IMG/VR virus record: IMGVR_UViG_3300037043_000408
Coordinates: 1-36,975 of that record
Source: a virus
Lineage: Duplodnaviria; Caudoviricetes
Length of the DNA stretch: 36,975 nt
Direction: 5' to 3' (one strand)
Shown here piece after piece: positions 25,333 to 35,171 of the stretch. The notes under the pieces are model-generated. The model was not told the DNA's origin. It searched no databases and saw only the letters and a program-made list of their open reading frames with translations. The position numbers were made by a program, and so were the translations under genes. How positions within the stretch are numbered: position 1 is the first letter of the stretch; each line of letters starts with the position of its first letter.

Positions 25333-28300
25333 GCTGGTTCGGCGGAGCCCGCCCGCAGGTCACCGGCGCCGGCGGCGAGATGTTCTCGCCGGGGCCGCTG
25401 GCGGATCTGGGCGATGTGCACGATGCGAGTTACCGGCTCGACCGCGTTACCCGCAACTGGAATGCCGAGCAGATCGCCGGTGAGCTGATCTATGACCAGG
25501 CGATCGAAGAAGCGCGCGCAAAGACGGGTGTCGTCCTCCAGAATCCCTACCGGCTCAGCTTCCGGGAGCGCTACATCGACACTTTGCTGCCGTCGCTCGA
25601 TCCGAAGAGCCCTTACAATCCGAAGCGCCTCGCCGTCGTGCGGGCGAGAGACGCGTTCCAGATCGAGTGGTCGAAGCTGGAGCAGCGGCAACTCGACAGC
25701 GAGGTGCCCTACGATGAGCGGCTCGGCTACCTGTTGCCGATGGAGCGGATCAGGAGACTGGTGGCCGAGCGGCAGGGCCAGCTTTCGGATGTGCAGAGCC
25801 GAGCCAGCGATTTCGACGCATTTGTCGGCGGCCTGACGGGTGGCTTCGCGGCGGCGGCGACCGATCCCATCCAGTATGCCGGCTTTGCTGTCCCGACCGG
25901 CGGCGGGGCCACTGTACTCGGCAATGCGGTGCGCGGCGCGCTGGCCAATGCGGGGATTGAAGCGGCTCTGCAGCCTTCGATCGCCAGCTGGCACGAGGAA
26001 CTCGGCCTCGAATATACTGCCGAGACAGCCCTCACCAATATCGCCTTTGCCGCGCTGTTCGGCGGGGCGCTCGAGGGCGGCGGGTCGGCGGCCTACCGGA
26101 CGGTGCGCGGCAGCCCGGAATACCGCCGGGCGAAAGCGCTCCTCGACAAGCTGCCCGAGGATCACACCCTGCGCCAGGCGCTGAGCGGCAAGCGCGCCGA
26201 CACGGTGGCGGCCGCGCGCAAGCTGCGCGGCGCCCTCGACGGTGTCGGCCGGTTCGCCCTGGACGCCGAGGAGGCCCAGCTGCGGGCCCGCGAAAACGTG
26301 CCGGAGGGCACCCACCCGCGCGAACACGAAACCACGCTGGGCGAGGCGCAGAGGGCCGCCGCGCGCGACGAGCCGCCGCCGCGGGCGAGCCGCGCCGCGA
26401 CCAGCGAGCGGCCGGAGCTCGGTGACCTGCTCGATGACGCCCTCGCCGATACGGCGCGCGGGCGCGACGCGCGCGACCTGGCGCGGCTCTCTGATGGCGC
26501 CTACAGCGCCGTGACCGCCGGGCGGCTGACACCCGAGCAGGGCGCGCTGATTTCGCGCCTGGTGCCGGACGAGGGCGCGCAGGATGCGGTTGCCCGCGAG
26601 CTCGCCGAGCTGGGCGCCCTGACGCCGGCGCAGAGCCGTGTGGTGATCGGCGCGCTGCTGGAGGCGCGCGCGCCGGGCGCCGCCGCCCGCGCGCTCGGCG
26701 GCGAGGACGAACTGCTGGCGCGCCAGCGTTCGGAAGTCGCGGCGCTGGATGCCGACTATGCCGAGCTGAAGGACTTGGAGGCGGTACGCGCGGAAGTGCA
26801 GCGGCTGGAGCTACGTCAGGCGAAGGAGGGCACGCTCGATGAGACGGGCGCCGCGCGCCTCGCGGCGCAACAGGACCTGCTGCGCCACCTCGAGGAGGTG
26901 CGCGAAGCCTATGATGCCGACCTCGAGAGCCTGAGAGGGCGCCAGGCGGCCGAGCAGGCCGGCCGGCGGATGCAGGAAACGCGCGACGCGCCGGATCCGG
27001 ACGGCGAGGCGGTGGGCGAGACATTCGAGGAGATGCTGGGCGAGGCGCCCCTGACGCCGGAGGATCTCGGCCGGGTCACCGACGCCGCGCCGCGGCCGCG
27101 CGAGGCGGTGACGGATTTCCGGGCGGAGGCCGACGCGATCGACCAGCTCGCCGCGCCGGACGATCCGCGCGCCGCGATCCGCAGCGAGGCGGAGGAGGCC
27201 TTCGGCGAGGCGGCGGCGCGGGTGATTGCCGATGATCCGGGTACGGATCAGGGGCGCGTCTACCTGTTCAAGAAGGATGAGGATGACGGCCTCGTCGCGC
27301 GCATCGAGGCGCGGGTGCGCAAGGTGGCCGAAGAGGATGCCAAGGCGGCGGCCGAGCTGGAAAAGGCCATGCGGGCGTTCCTGAAAACCGCGACACCGGC
27401 GGAGCGCGCGGCGCTCGCCAGCTACCTGCGCGATCTTCCCGGCTCACCGGAATACGAGGCCGCCCTGGCCAAAGGGCTCGACATGAGCGCCGAAGCGCGC
27501 CGCGCGCGCGCCGAGGCGCAGGGCTACACGATCGAAGCTTTCCGGGGCATCCGGGTAAAGCCCGGCAGCGGCGAGCTGCCGGACGAGGCGATCCTCGGCA
27601 ATGCCTGGTTCTCGGATACGCCGGGCACCGCCAATACCTATGCGGCCGATGTGCCGCTGAGCCGCAACAAGGGGATGGTTGCGCAGGTCCGGCTGAAACT
27701 CGTCAACCCGCTGCGCGTCGATGCCGGCGGCGCGATGTTCGACCGGCTGGCCGCCTCCCGGCTGAAGGGCCTCTTGCCGGACGAGATGCTGGCAGGGCGC
27801 ACGATGCTGACGACGCAGGAAGTGGCGGCGATGGCGAAGCGCGCCGGGTTCGACGGCGTCGAGTTCACCAATATCAAGGCGGACAAGACATCCTCCGTGG
27901 CCGGAACAAAGGCGGGCACCGTCTGGGCGGTGTTCGATCCGTCCGCTGTCCGCTCCGTGCATGCGGCGTTCGATCCGGATGCGGCAGGCAAGCCTGGCCT
28001 GCTGCTGCGCAAGACCGGCGCGAAACCCGGCAAGACCTGGATGAAGCCGATCGACATCACCCACATCAAGGAAGATGCGGCCGTGCTGAACCGGGCGCTG
28101 GATGAGGCGGCGGCCTGCGCGGCGGGTTTTCCGGTCGTCGAGGGCGCCCTCGCGGTCGGCGGGGCGGCGCTGGGCGCGGCGGCGCTGGGCGGCGTGGCCG
28201 CCGGGATGCAGGAACGCCAGGCGGCGGCCGAGGCCGACTACAGCGCGCAGCTGAAAGTGAAGGCGAGCCCGGTCTGGCAGGCGCGCGAGGCCGGGCTGCA

Positions 28301-29000
28301 ATCGCGCCGGCATGTGATGGGCGTGGCGGCTCACCGGGCCGAGGCGCGCCGCATGGCGCAGGCCTGGAAGGCCGAGACGCTGGACCTGTGGCGCGCCGAC
28401 CTCAACGAGATGCCGGATGACCTGCCGCAATACCGGATGAACCAGCATGTGCAGGACCTCACCGGCGTGCGCGCCGATTTCCTCGACACGCTGATCACCC
28501 ATGAAAGCGCCGGCGACTGGGCGGCGAAGAACCCGGACTCCACCGCCACCGGCGGCGGCCAGTTCATCGACAGCACCTGGCGCGAGATGATGCGCAAGTA
28601 TGGCGCCAACTACGGCCATCCGCCGACGCTGAAGGGCTGGACCGACGCCGAGAAGGCGAAGGTGATGGCGCTGCGCACCGATCCGCGCTGGGGCACGGTG
28701 ATGACCGCCGAATACGCGCTCGAGAACGCGCGCACGGCCGAGGCCGCGCTCGGCCGGCCGATCACCCAGAAGGAAGGTTATCTCGCCCACTTCCTCGGCG
28801 TCGATGATTTCCTGAAGCTGCGCCGCAAGGGCGATGACGCCTTTGCGGCCGATGTGCTGCCCCGCGCCGCGGCGGCGAACCTCAACGTGTTCTATGTCGA
28901 GGGCGACGTGACCCGGCCGCGCACGACGGCCCAGATGTTCGCGCTGCAGGGCCGCCGGTTTTCCAATGATCCGCTGCGCGTGCCGGAGAAAGCGCCATGA
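25329..29000 (+). CDS. Large ejection protein with an ART-like domain (~27470-27980) and a C-terminal lytic transglycosylase (~28450-28980)
   Basis: LDMS..AR..RA..GY..FRG..WFSD..A.TYA..NPL..GFDGV..VFDP..VRS..AAFDP; HESAG..AKNPDSTATGGGQFIDSTW..YLAHFLG. Confidence 0.82.
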   Translation: MSWFGGARPQVTGAGGEMFSPGPLADLGDVHDASYRLDRVTRNWNAEQIAGELIYDQAIEEARAKTGVVLQNPYRLSFRERYIDTLLPSLDPKSPYNPKRLAVVRARDAFQIEWSKLEQRQLDSEVPYDERLGYLLPMERIRRLVAERQGQLSDVQSRASDFDAFVGGLTGGFAAAATDPIQYAGFAVPTGGGATVLGNAVRGALANAGIEAALQPSIASWHEELGLEYTAETALTNIAFAALFGGALEGGGSAAYRTVRGSPEYRRAKALLDKLPEDHTLRQALSGKRADTVAAARKLRGALDGVGRFALDAEEAQLRARENVPEGTHPREHETTLGEAQRAAARDEPPPRASRAATSERPELGDLLDDALADTARGRDARDLARLSDGAYSAVTAGRLTPEQGALISRLVPDEGAQDAVARELAELGALTPAQSRVVIGALLEARAPGAAARALGGEDELLARQRSEVAALDADYAELKDLEAVRAEVQRLELRQAKEGTLDETGAARLAAQQDLLRHLEEVREAYDADLESLRGRQAAEQAGRRMQETRDAPDPDGEAVGETFEEMLGEAPLTPEDLGRVTDAAPRPREAVTDFRAEADAIDQLAAPDDPRAAIRSEAEEAFGEAAARVIADDPGTDQGRVYLFKKDEDDGLVARIEARVRKVAEEDAKAAAELEKAMRAFLKTATPAERAALASYLRDLPGSPEYEAALAKGLDMSAEARRARAEAQGYTIEAFRGIRVKPGSGELPDEAILGNAWFSDTPGTANTYAADVPLSRNKGMVAQVRLKLVNPLRVDAGGAMFDRLAASRLKGLLPDEMLAGRTMLTTQEVAAMAKRAGFDGVEFTNIKADKTSSVAGTKAGTVWAVFDPSAVRSVHAAFDPDAAGKPGLLLRKTGAKPGKTWMKPIDITHIKEDAAVLNRALDEAAACAAGFPVVEGALAVGGAALGAAALGGVAAGMQERQAAAEADYSAQLKVKASPVWQAREAGLQSRRHVMGVAAHRAEARRMAQAWKAETLDLWRADLNEMPDDLPQYRMNQHVQDLTGVRADFLDTLITHESAGDWAAKNPDSTATGGGQFIDSTWREMMRKYGANYGHPPTLKGWTDAEKAKVMALRTDPRWGTVMTAEYALENARTAEAALGRPITQKEGYLAHFLGVDDFLKLRRKGDDAFAADVLPRAAAANLNVFYVEGDVTRPRTTAQMFALQGRRFSNDPLRVPEKAP

Positions 29001-30073
29001 GACAGATCTGCCGTTCCCGTGTCGAAGGGGCGATCGCGCGCTATCTCGACGACGCCGAGGCACGCGAGATCGAGCTGCGCCTGAAGCGCTCGGCCGCCTA
29101 TCTCTCGAAATATGACCGCGCCTGGTGGGAGCGCTCGCGCGGCGAGAAGATGCGGGCGGCGGCGGCGCACGCGAAGGAAGCGGCCGCGGCGGAGGTGGAT
29201 GACCGCCTGCGCGCCTTCGACCTGGAGTTCCAGCTGCGCCAGGCCGGGCGCGCCGCGATCGGCAAGGATTTCGACCGGCTTGAGGCCTCCGGGTCCCTGC
29301 GGTTCGAGAACCGCCCGGAAGATCTCGATCCGGCGTTGGCCGGGGACAAGACGATCAGCGCTGTGGTGACGCCGGACGAGGGCGTGGTGATCTTCCGCGA
29401 GCGGGTGACGCCGGAGCTGATGAAGCGGGTGCTGATGCACGAGCAGGGCGCGCATGTCGGCCTGCCGGCGATGATGGGCAAGAAGGGCTATAACAAGATC
29501 CTCGACAGCCTGTCGAAGATGAGCCAGCGCGGCGACAAGGACCTCACCTCCGCGAAGGCGCGCGTGCCGGCCGACACGCCGCCGGCGCACTACCATGACG
29601 AGCTGCTGGCCTACCTGGTCGAGGATGACAGCCCGCTGCCGCTGGTGAAGCAGGCGCTCGGCCAGGTGAAGGCTTGGGCGATCCGCGCCTTCCCGGACCT
29701 TGCCCCGCTGCTCGCCGATGCGGCGACGCTGCGGGCGCTGGCGGCGATGGCGATCCGGTATTCGGCGCGCCGGCGCGGCGGCTATGCGCTCAGCGAGCGA
29801 TTGTTCATCCGGGGCGCGGACGAGACCGCCGGCACCGATGACAGCGCCGCGCGCGCCGCCTTCGAGGCGCGCCTCCTGCATGCCGACCCGGAATTCGATC
29901 CGGCCCGGATGGATGAGGCCTGGGCGATGCACCAGCGCTACAAGGCGGCGAAGCCGCGGCGCGGCGATCTCCTGTCGTCCGTACCCGGAGAGAACGGGCC
30001 CACGCGGGCGCCGGCCGAAGAGCTGCGCCGGATGGACCGGATGGTGGAACGTTTCAGGGGGTGCGTGCTTTGA
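28997..30073 (+). CDS. Virion-associated zincin metallopeptidase-like protein
   Basis: VLMHEQGAHVGL (HExxxH) and downstream DELLAYLVE. Confidence 0.7.
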   Translation: MRQICRSRVEGAIARYLDDAEAREIELRLKRSAAYLSKYDRAWWERSRGEKMRAAAAHAKEAAAAEVDDRLRAFDLEFQLRQAGRAAIGKDFDRLEASGSLRFENRPEDLDPALAGDKTISAVVTPDEGVVIFRERVTPELMKRVLMHEQGAHVGLPAMMGKKGYNKILDSLSKMSQRGDKDLTSAKARVPADTPPAHYHDELLAYLVEDDSPLPLVKQALGQVKAWAIRAFPDLAPLLADAATLRALAAMAIRYSARRRGGYALSERLFIRGADETAGTDDSAARAAFEARLLHADPEFDPARMDEAWAMHQRYKAAKPRRGDLLSSVPGENGPTRAPAEELRRMDRMVERFRGCVL

Positions 30074-32583
30074 GCCGGTTTGACGAGTGTATCCAGGCCG
30101 CCCGCGACGAGGGCACGATCGGCGACGAGGAGGCCGACGCAATCCGCAAGATCTGGGAGCGCCACCGCGGCCGCCGGCGGGCCGAAGGCCTGAAGGGCGG
30201 CGAGGCCGACAGCGCGGCGGCGCGCGATGCGTTCGAGGATCTGGAAGCCCTGCGGGCGCGGCGGGCGCGGCTTGACCGGCTGACGGCCGAAAATGCGCGC
30301 GAGATTGCCGAGGAGCTGCAGGGTTTCCGCAACGGCTCCGGCGACGTCGATGTGCTCGAGTACCTGCAGGCGAAGATCGAGTTCCTCGGCCAGGGCACCG
30401 GCGTCAAGTCCTCCGTGGAAGGACGGCGCAAGGCTGTGCTCGGCCAGGCACATGCGATGATGGAAGACCTGCTCTGGAACTTCCGGCGCGGCGCGCTCGG
30501 CCGGCGGGTGAATGCCGCCGATCTCACCAACCTGGTGCGCGAGGCCTTCGGCGAGGATACCGGCGACGCGGCGGCCAAGAGTTTCGCCCGCGCCTGGCGC
30601 GAGACGGCCGAGATGCTGCGCGAGCGGTTCAACAAGGCGGGCGGCGAGATCCGCGATCTCGAGAACTGGGGCCTGCCGCAGGACCATGACCCGGTCGCCA
30701 TCCGGAAATTCATCCGCCAGAATGGCCGCCCGGCGCTGATCGCGCGGCTGAAGCAGGATCTCGATGCCTTCAAGATGCGCGACCGCGAGGGGCGCCCGTT
30801 CACGCCGGAGACGCTCGAGGACGCGCTGAACACGGTGATCGACAATATCCTGACCGACAGCTGGATCTCGCGCGAGCCCTCGCGCCAGCCCTTCGGCAAG
30901 GGCGCGCTCGCCAACCAGCACGGCGAGGAGCGGTTCCTGATCTTCAAGGATGCCGATACCTGGCTCGCCTGGCAGGCGGATTTCGGGATGGGCGGGCCGT
31001 TCAACGCGATGATGGGCCATGTCTCGATGATGGCCCGCGACATTGCCGCGATCGAGGTGCTGGGGCCGAACCCGGCCGCGACGCTGACCTGGCTGGAACA
31101 GATCGCCAAGCAGGAAGCGGCCAAGCGCGACCTTGGCCGGGAGGCGCTGATCCCGCCGCGCATCAAGGAAGGCGACGCCGCCGAGGCGGCCGACGAGAAG
31201 ATCGCCCGCTCGCAGACGATGTGGCGCCACTATACGGGCTCTGTGAACATGCCGAACGGCGGCGCCTTCAGCCGCGGTTTTGCCGAGACCATGGGCACGG
31301 CGCGCAGCATCCTGACCTCGGCCGCGCTTGGCTCGGCGGCGCTCGCCGCGATCCCGACCGATCCGGTCTATTCCGGGATGGCGCGGGCCTTTGCCGGCAT
31401 CGGCCACACGCGGGCCCTGACCGAGCAGGTCAAGCGGCTCTCGGGAAAGTCGCGCCGCGAGGCGGTGCAGATGGGCCTCGTGATGGAGACCGCGCTCGAC
31501 AGTTTCGGCCAGCAGGCGCGCTATGCCGGGCAGTTTTCCGGCAAGGCCTGGGCGATGCATCTCGCCACGCAAGTGCTGGAAGTCTCCGGCCTGTCGCCCT
31601 GGACGCGGGCCGGGCGCAACGGGTTCATGCTCGGCGCCCTGTTCGATTTCGGCAACCTGTCGGCCACCGCCTTTGACGGGCTGGACCCGCCCCTGCGCCG
31701 GACGCTTGAACGCTATGGCTTCAGCGCCGCCGACTGGGACCGGGTGCGCGCCTCGGCGAAAACCGAGGAAGGCGCCATCGACCCGATGCGGCTCGACCCC
31801 GATCTGCGCGACCGGATGCTCGAGATGCTGCACCAGGAGAGCGAATACGCGGTGCCGTCCGGCACGATCCGCTCCAAATCCCTGCTGATCGGCGACAGCC
31901 GGCCGGGGACGGCGTTCGGGGAGCTGCGCCGGTCGGCCGCGATGTTCATAAGTTTCGGCACGACGCTGCCGATCCTGCACGGCTACCGGATCGCCCAGAT
32001 GATCCGCAGCGGCGAAGGCGCCCGCGGGGCAGGCTACGCGCTGGCCCTGATGCTGACGGCCGCCCTGGGCGGCGCGCTGGCCCTGCAGGCCAAGTCCCTG
32101 TCGGCCGGGCGCGACCCGCGCGATGCCAGCGACCCCGATTTCTGGGCGGCTGCCGTGCTGCAGGGCGGCGGCCTCGGGATCTGGGGGGATTTCTTCTTTG
32201 CCGATGTCAACCGGTTCGGCCGTACGCCGGCGATCACCGGCGGCGGGCCGGTGGTCGGCGCCTGGGATGATGTCTCGAAGCTGACGATCGGCAATATTGC
32301 CGAGCTGGCGCAGGGCAAGGAGACGAAGTTCTTCAAGGAGCTGGCCGGCATGGGGACCCGCTACACGCCGGGCTCCAACATCTGGTACCTGCGCCTCGCC
32401 TGGGAGCGCCATGCCGAGGACCGGCTGATGGAACTGGCCGACCCGGACGCGGCCGCCGCCTTCCGCCGGCGCGAGGCCTATTACCGCAACCAGTTCGGCC
32501 AGGATTACTGGTGGGCGCCGGGCGACCGGGCGCCGGACCGGGCGCCGGACTTCGGGGCGGCGGTGGGCGAGCCCCTGAATTAG
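30070..32583 (+). CDS. Large ejection protein (gp16-position, BPP-1/epsilon15 type); TTG start likely
   Basis: WGLPQDHD, RFLIFKDADTW, ARDIAAIEVLGPNP, QGGGLGIWGDF, YWWAPG. Confidence 0.85.
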   Translation: MSRFDECIQAARDEGTIGDEEADAIRKIWERHRGRRRAEGLKGGEADSAAARDAFEDLEALRARRARLDRLTAENAREIAEELQGFRNGSGDVDVLEYLQAKIEFLGQGTGVKSSVEGRRKAVLGQAHAMMEDLLWNFRRGALGRRVNAADLTNLVREAFGEDTGDAAAKSFARAWRETAEMLRERFNKAGGEIRDLENWGLPQDHDPVAIRKFIRQNGRPALIARLKQDLDAFKMRDREGRPFTPETLEDALNTVIDNILTDSWISREPSRQPFGKGALANQHGEERFLIFKDADTWLAWQADFGMGGPFNAMMGHVSMMARDIAAIEVLGPNPAATLTWLEQIAKQEAAKRDLGREALIPPRIKEGDAAEAADEKIARSQTMWRHYTGSVNMPNGGAFSRGFAETMGTARSILTSAALGSAALAAIPTDPVYSGMARAFAGIGHTRALTEQVKRLSGKSRREAVQMGLVMETALDSFGQQARYAGQFSGKAWAMHLATQVLEVSGLSPWTRAGRNGFMLGALFDFGNLSATAFDGLDPPLRRTLERYGFSAADWDRVRASAKTEEGAIDPMRLDPDLRDRMLEMLHQESEYAVPSGTIRSKSLLIGDSRPGTAFGELRRSAAMFISFGTTLPILHGYRIAQMIRSGEGARGAGYALALMLTAALGGALALQAKSLSAGRDPRDASDPDFWAAAVLQGGGLGIWGDFFFADVNRFGRTPAITGGGPVVGAWDDVSKLTIGNIAELAQGKETKFFKELAGMGTRYTPGSNIWYLRLAWERHAEDRLMELADPDAAAAFRRREAYYRNQFGQDYWWAPGDRAPDRAPDFGAAVGEPLN

Positions 32584-32586
32584 GGC

Positions 32587-32619
32587 CGTAACACGCGCGG
32601 GCCGCAGCGCGCGTAGGTT
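32587..32619 (+). promoter_or_regulatory. Late promoter motif, copy 3
   Basis: CGTAACACGCGC-N15-TAGGTT upstream of the tailspike. Confidence 0.75.
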
Positions 32620-32627
32620 CCTGCGCC

Positions 32628-35168
32628 ATGGCTGACACACTCCTCAAGACCGGCGAGACGCGCGAGCGGATCTATACCGCCTCGGCGGGACAGACCGATT
32701 TCGCGGTGCCTTTCCACTATGACAATGCCGACGCGATGGCCGTCACCGTCACGGACGGGGCCGGCGCGGTCACCTCGCCGGCCTTCACGATGGTGCCGTC
32801 CGGCGATTATGGCACCGAGAACACGCCGGGGATCCTGCGCCTCGCCGAGGCCCTGGCCGGCGGCGAGCGGGTGGAAGTGTATGGGGTCACACCGCTCGGC
32901 CGGATCACCAGCCTGACCGAGAGCCAGGGCACCCCCTCGACCAAGCTCAACCGCGAATATTCGAACCTGACGAAACAGGTGCAGGAGATCGCCCAGCGCC
33001 TGACGCGCGGCGTGCTGGCGCGGCGGGGCGAGACGCTGCCGGACCTGCCGGCGAAAAGCGCGCTGCTCGGCAAGATTTTCTGGCTGGCCGCGTCGGGGCT
33101 GACCTGGGAGACGCTGGACGCCGACACGCTGGGCGAGGTCGCCGAAGACCTGGCGCTCGGCGATGCCAGCGTGCTGCGCCGTGTGTTTGCGCGGCTGGCG
33201 GATATCGAGACGCTGGCGGACATCGACGTGCAGCTTGCTGCGCTCGGGCCGATCGCCGCCCAGCTGGCGGCGCTGGCAGCGGCGTTGCCGCTATCGGTGT
33301 TCACTGACGTACTGCCGCGCGCGGCACGCACTTCGCTGCCCACGGTCCGCAATGACGGCTCCGCGCTCCAGCCCGGCGATGAAATCTACCGCTCCGACAT
33401 TGACCAGCCGATGCGCTATTACGGCGACGGGTTCCGGGTCACCGGGTTCATGGACACGAAGGAGCTGACGAACTTCGTGCCGGAGTCGGCTCGCTCTGCG
33501 GTGTTCGCCGGCAGCGTCGATGTGTCCCCCTACCTTCAGGCCCTGCACGATGCGCTCGGCGCCGGCGGGCGCGGCATCCTGCCGGGCGGTACGATCCGGC
33601 TTTACAACCCCGTCACGTTCACGGCGGACGGGTTCGCGCTTCAGGGCGGCGGGCGCGCCTCGGCGATCCGGCAGGACTATGCCGATGGCCCGGTGATCGT
33701 GCTGGGCTTGTCCGATGGTTCGGCCACGCTGACGCAGGACATGAAAATCCTCGACGCGATCATCATCCGGAACTCCGGCGACCATCCCTTCTTCGACATC
33801 AAGAAGGTGCGGAACGTGCTGATGCGCGGGCTTCAGGGTTCTGGCCTCTACTCGATTGCCAACTGGGGCGAGGCAGGCCTGACGGCGGCGCTGAACCTTG
33901 CGTTCGAGAACTGCCAACTGACGATGGCCGCGACGCATGATCACGCGATCAAGGTGCTCAACGCGCTCGGCGGCCTGCGCATGTCCGGCTGCGGGATGGA
34001 AGGCTTTCACACCACGTCGCCGAAACACTTCTTCCACCTGGACGACCTCTCGACGGCGGTGCCCCGATTCGACGGGGTGCAGATCACGGGCGGGAACCTG
34101 AAGGGCTGGCAGCGGTCCTTCTCTGCGGTGGATCGCAGGCTGACCAACATGGAGGCCAGCGGCGCGCGGTTCGATGAGCAGGGCGAGGCGGCGATCTATC
34201 TGGAAACGACGACCTCGGCGCCGAGCGCCGCAAATGCAGGTTTCGAGAACATCGTTCTTTCCGGCTGCGTCAACGGCGCGGGCAACCTAGACAATCACAG
34301 CTTCCTGAAGGTGCGCGCCAACAATGCCACATCCGGCTGCGGCGCCATCGAGATGACCGGGTGCCAGTCCGACCGGGCCACAACTCCGCCCATCGACATC
34401 GAGACCCATATCTCGAACGGGGCGAAAGTTGCCGCCGTTCAGATCACTGGCTTCATGGCCAAGGATGTCCGGATGCCGGATGACCTGACCTCGCTGCTCC
34501 GGTTCAAGAACAATGTGCAGGGCCTTCAGGTCAACGGCGTGCTGTCCCAGTCCGGTTCTTCCGTCTCGACCGACCCACTGCATCTGGTCGAACTCGACCT
34601 GCTGGCCACCGTTCCGGCCAAGGACATTTCCGTCCGGGGCGTGCAGGGTGACATTGCCTCCGGCGGTTCGCTCATCCGTGACCCGCTCGGCAAGAACCGG
34701 GCGATCAATGACAAGGTGGGCGTGTGGCAGCGCCTTGGAAGCAGCAGCGCCGCCATCCCGCACACTGGCACGACCTCGCAGACGACACTTGCGACGATCC
34801 CGGTGCCCGCCGGTGCGATGGGGCCGAAGGGCAAGCTGCGGATCACCGCGCTCTGGTCGGTGACAAACTCCGCCAACAACAAGACGTTGCGCGCTTTCCT
34901 CGGGGCAACCACGCTGCACGCGGTCAACTACACGACCGTGGCGACAGTCGGCTTCGTCAAGGAAGTGCAGAACCGCAACAATCAAGCGGCGCAGGTGGCC
35001 AGCCCGGCCGGTGACCTGAATATCGGCACGTCCACCACGAGCGCCGTCATCACCGCCACCGAAGACACGGCCACCGCCAAGAACGTGACGCTGACGGCGC
35101 AGCTCGCCAATTCCGGCGAGACGATCACGCTGGAAAGTTACCTGGTCGAAGTTCTGTATGCTGATTGA
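32628..35168 (+). CDS. Tail fibre/tailspike with a T7-type N-terminal anchor and pectate-lyase-like beta-helix
   Basis: YTASAGQTDFAVPF anchor; DVSPYLQALHD..GILPGG beta-helix cap; beta-rich repeats. Confidence 0.85.
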   Translation: MADTLLKTGETRERIYTASAGQTDFAVPFHYDNADAMAVTVTDGAGAVTSPAFTMVPSGDYGTENTPGILRLAEALAGGERVEVYGVTPLGRITSLTESQGTPSTKLNREYSNLTKQVQEIAQRLTRGVLARRGETLPDLPAKSALLGKIFWLAASGLTWETLDADTLGEVAEDLALGDASVLRRVFARLADIETLADIDVQLAALGPIAAQLAALAAALPLSVFTDVLPRAARTSLPTVRNDGSALQPGDEIYRSDIDQPMRYYGDGFRVTGFMDTKELTNFVPESARSAVFAGSVDVSPYLQALHDALGAGGRGILPGGTIRLYNPVTFTADGFALQGGGRASAIRQDYADGPVIVLGLSDGSATLTQDMKILDAIIIRNSGDHPFFDIKKVRNVLMRGLQGSGLYSIANWGEAGLTAALNLAFENCQLTMAATHDHAIKVLNALGGLRMSGCGMEGFHTTSPKHFFHLDDLSTAVPRFDGVQITGGNLKGWQRSFSAVDRRLTNMEASGARFDEQGEAAIYLETTTSAPSAANAGFENIVLSGCVNGAGNLDNHSFLKVRANNATSGCGAIEMTGCQSDRATTPPIDIETHISNGAKVAAVQITGFMAKDVRMPDDLTSLLRFKNNVQGLQVNGVLSQSGSSVSTDPLHLVELDLLATVPAKDISVRGVQGDIASGGSLIRDPLGKNRAINDKVGVWQRLGSSSAAIPHTGTTSQTTLATIPVPAGAMGPKGKLRITALWSVTNSANNKTLRAFLGATTLHAVNYTTVATVGFVKEVQNRNNQAAQVASPAGDLNIGTSTTSAVITATEDTATAKNVTLTAQLANSGETITLESYLVEVLYAD

Positions 35169-35171
35169 GGA

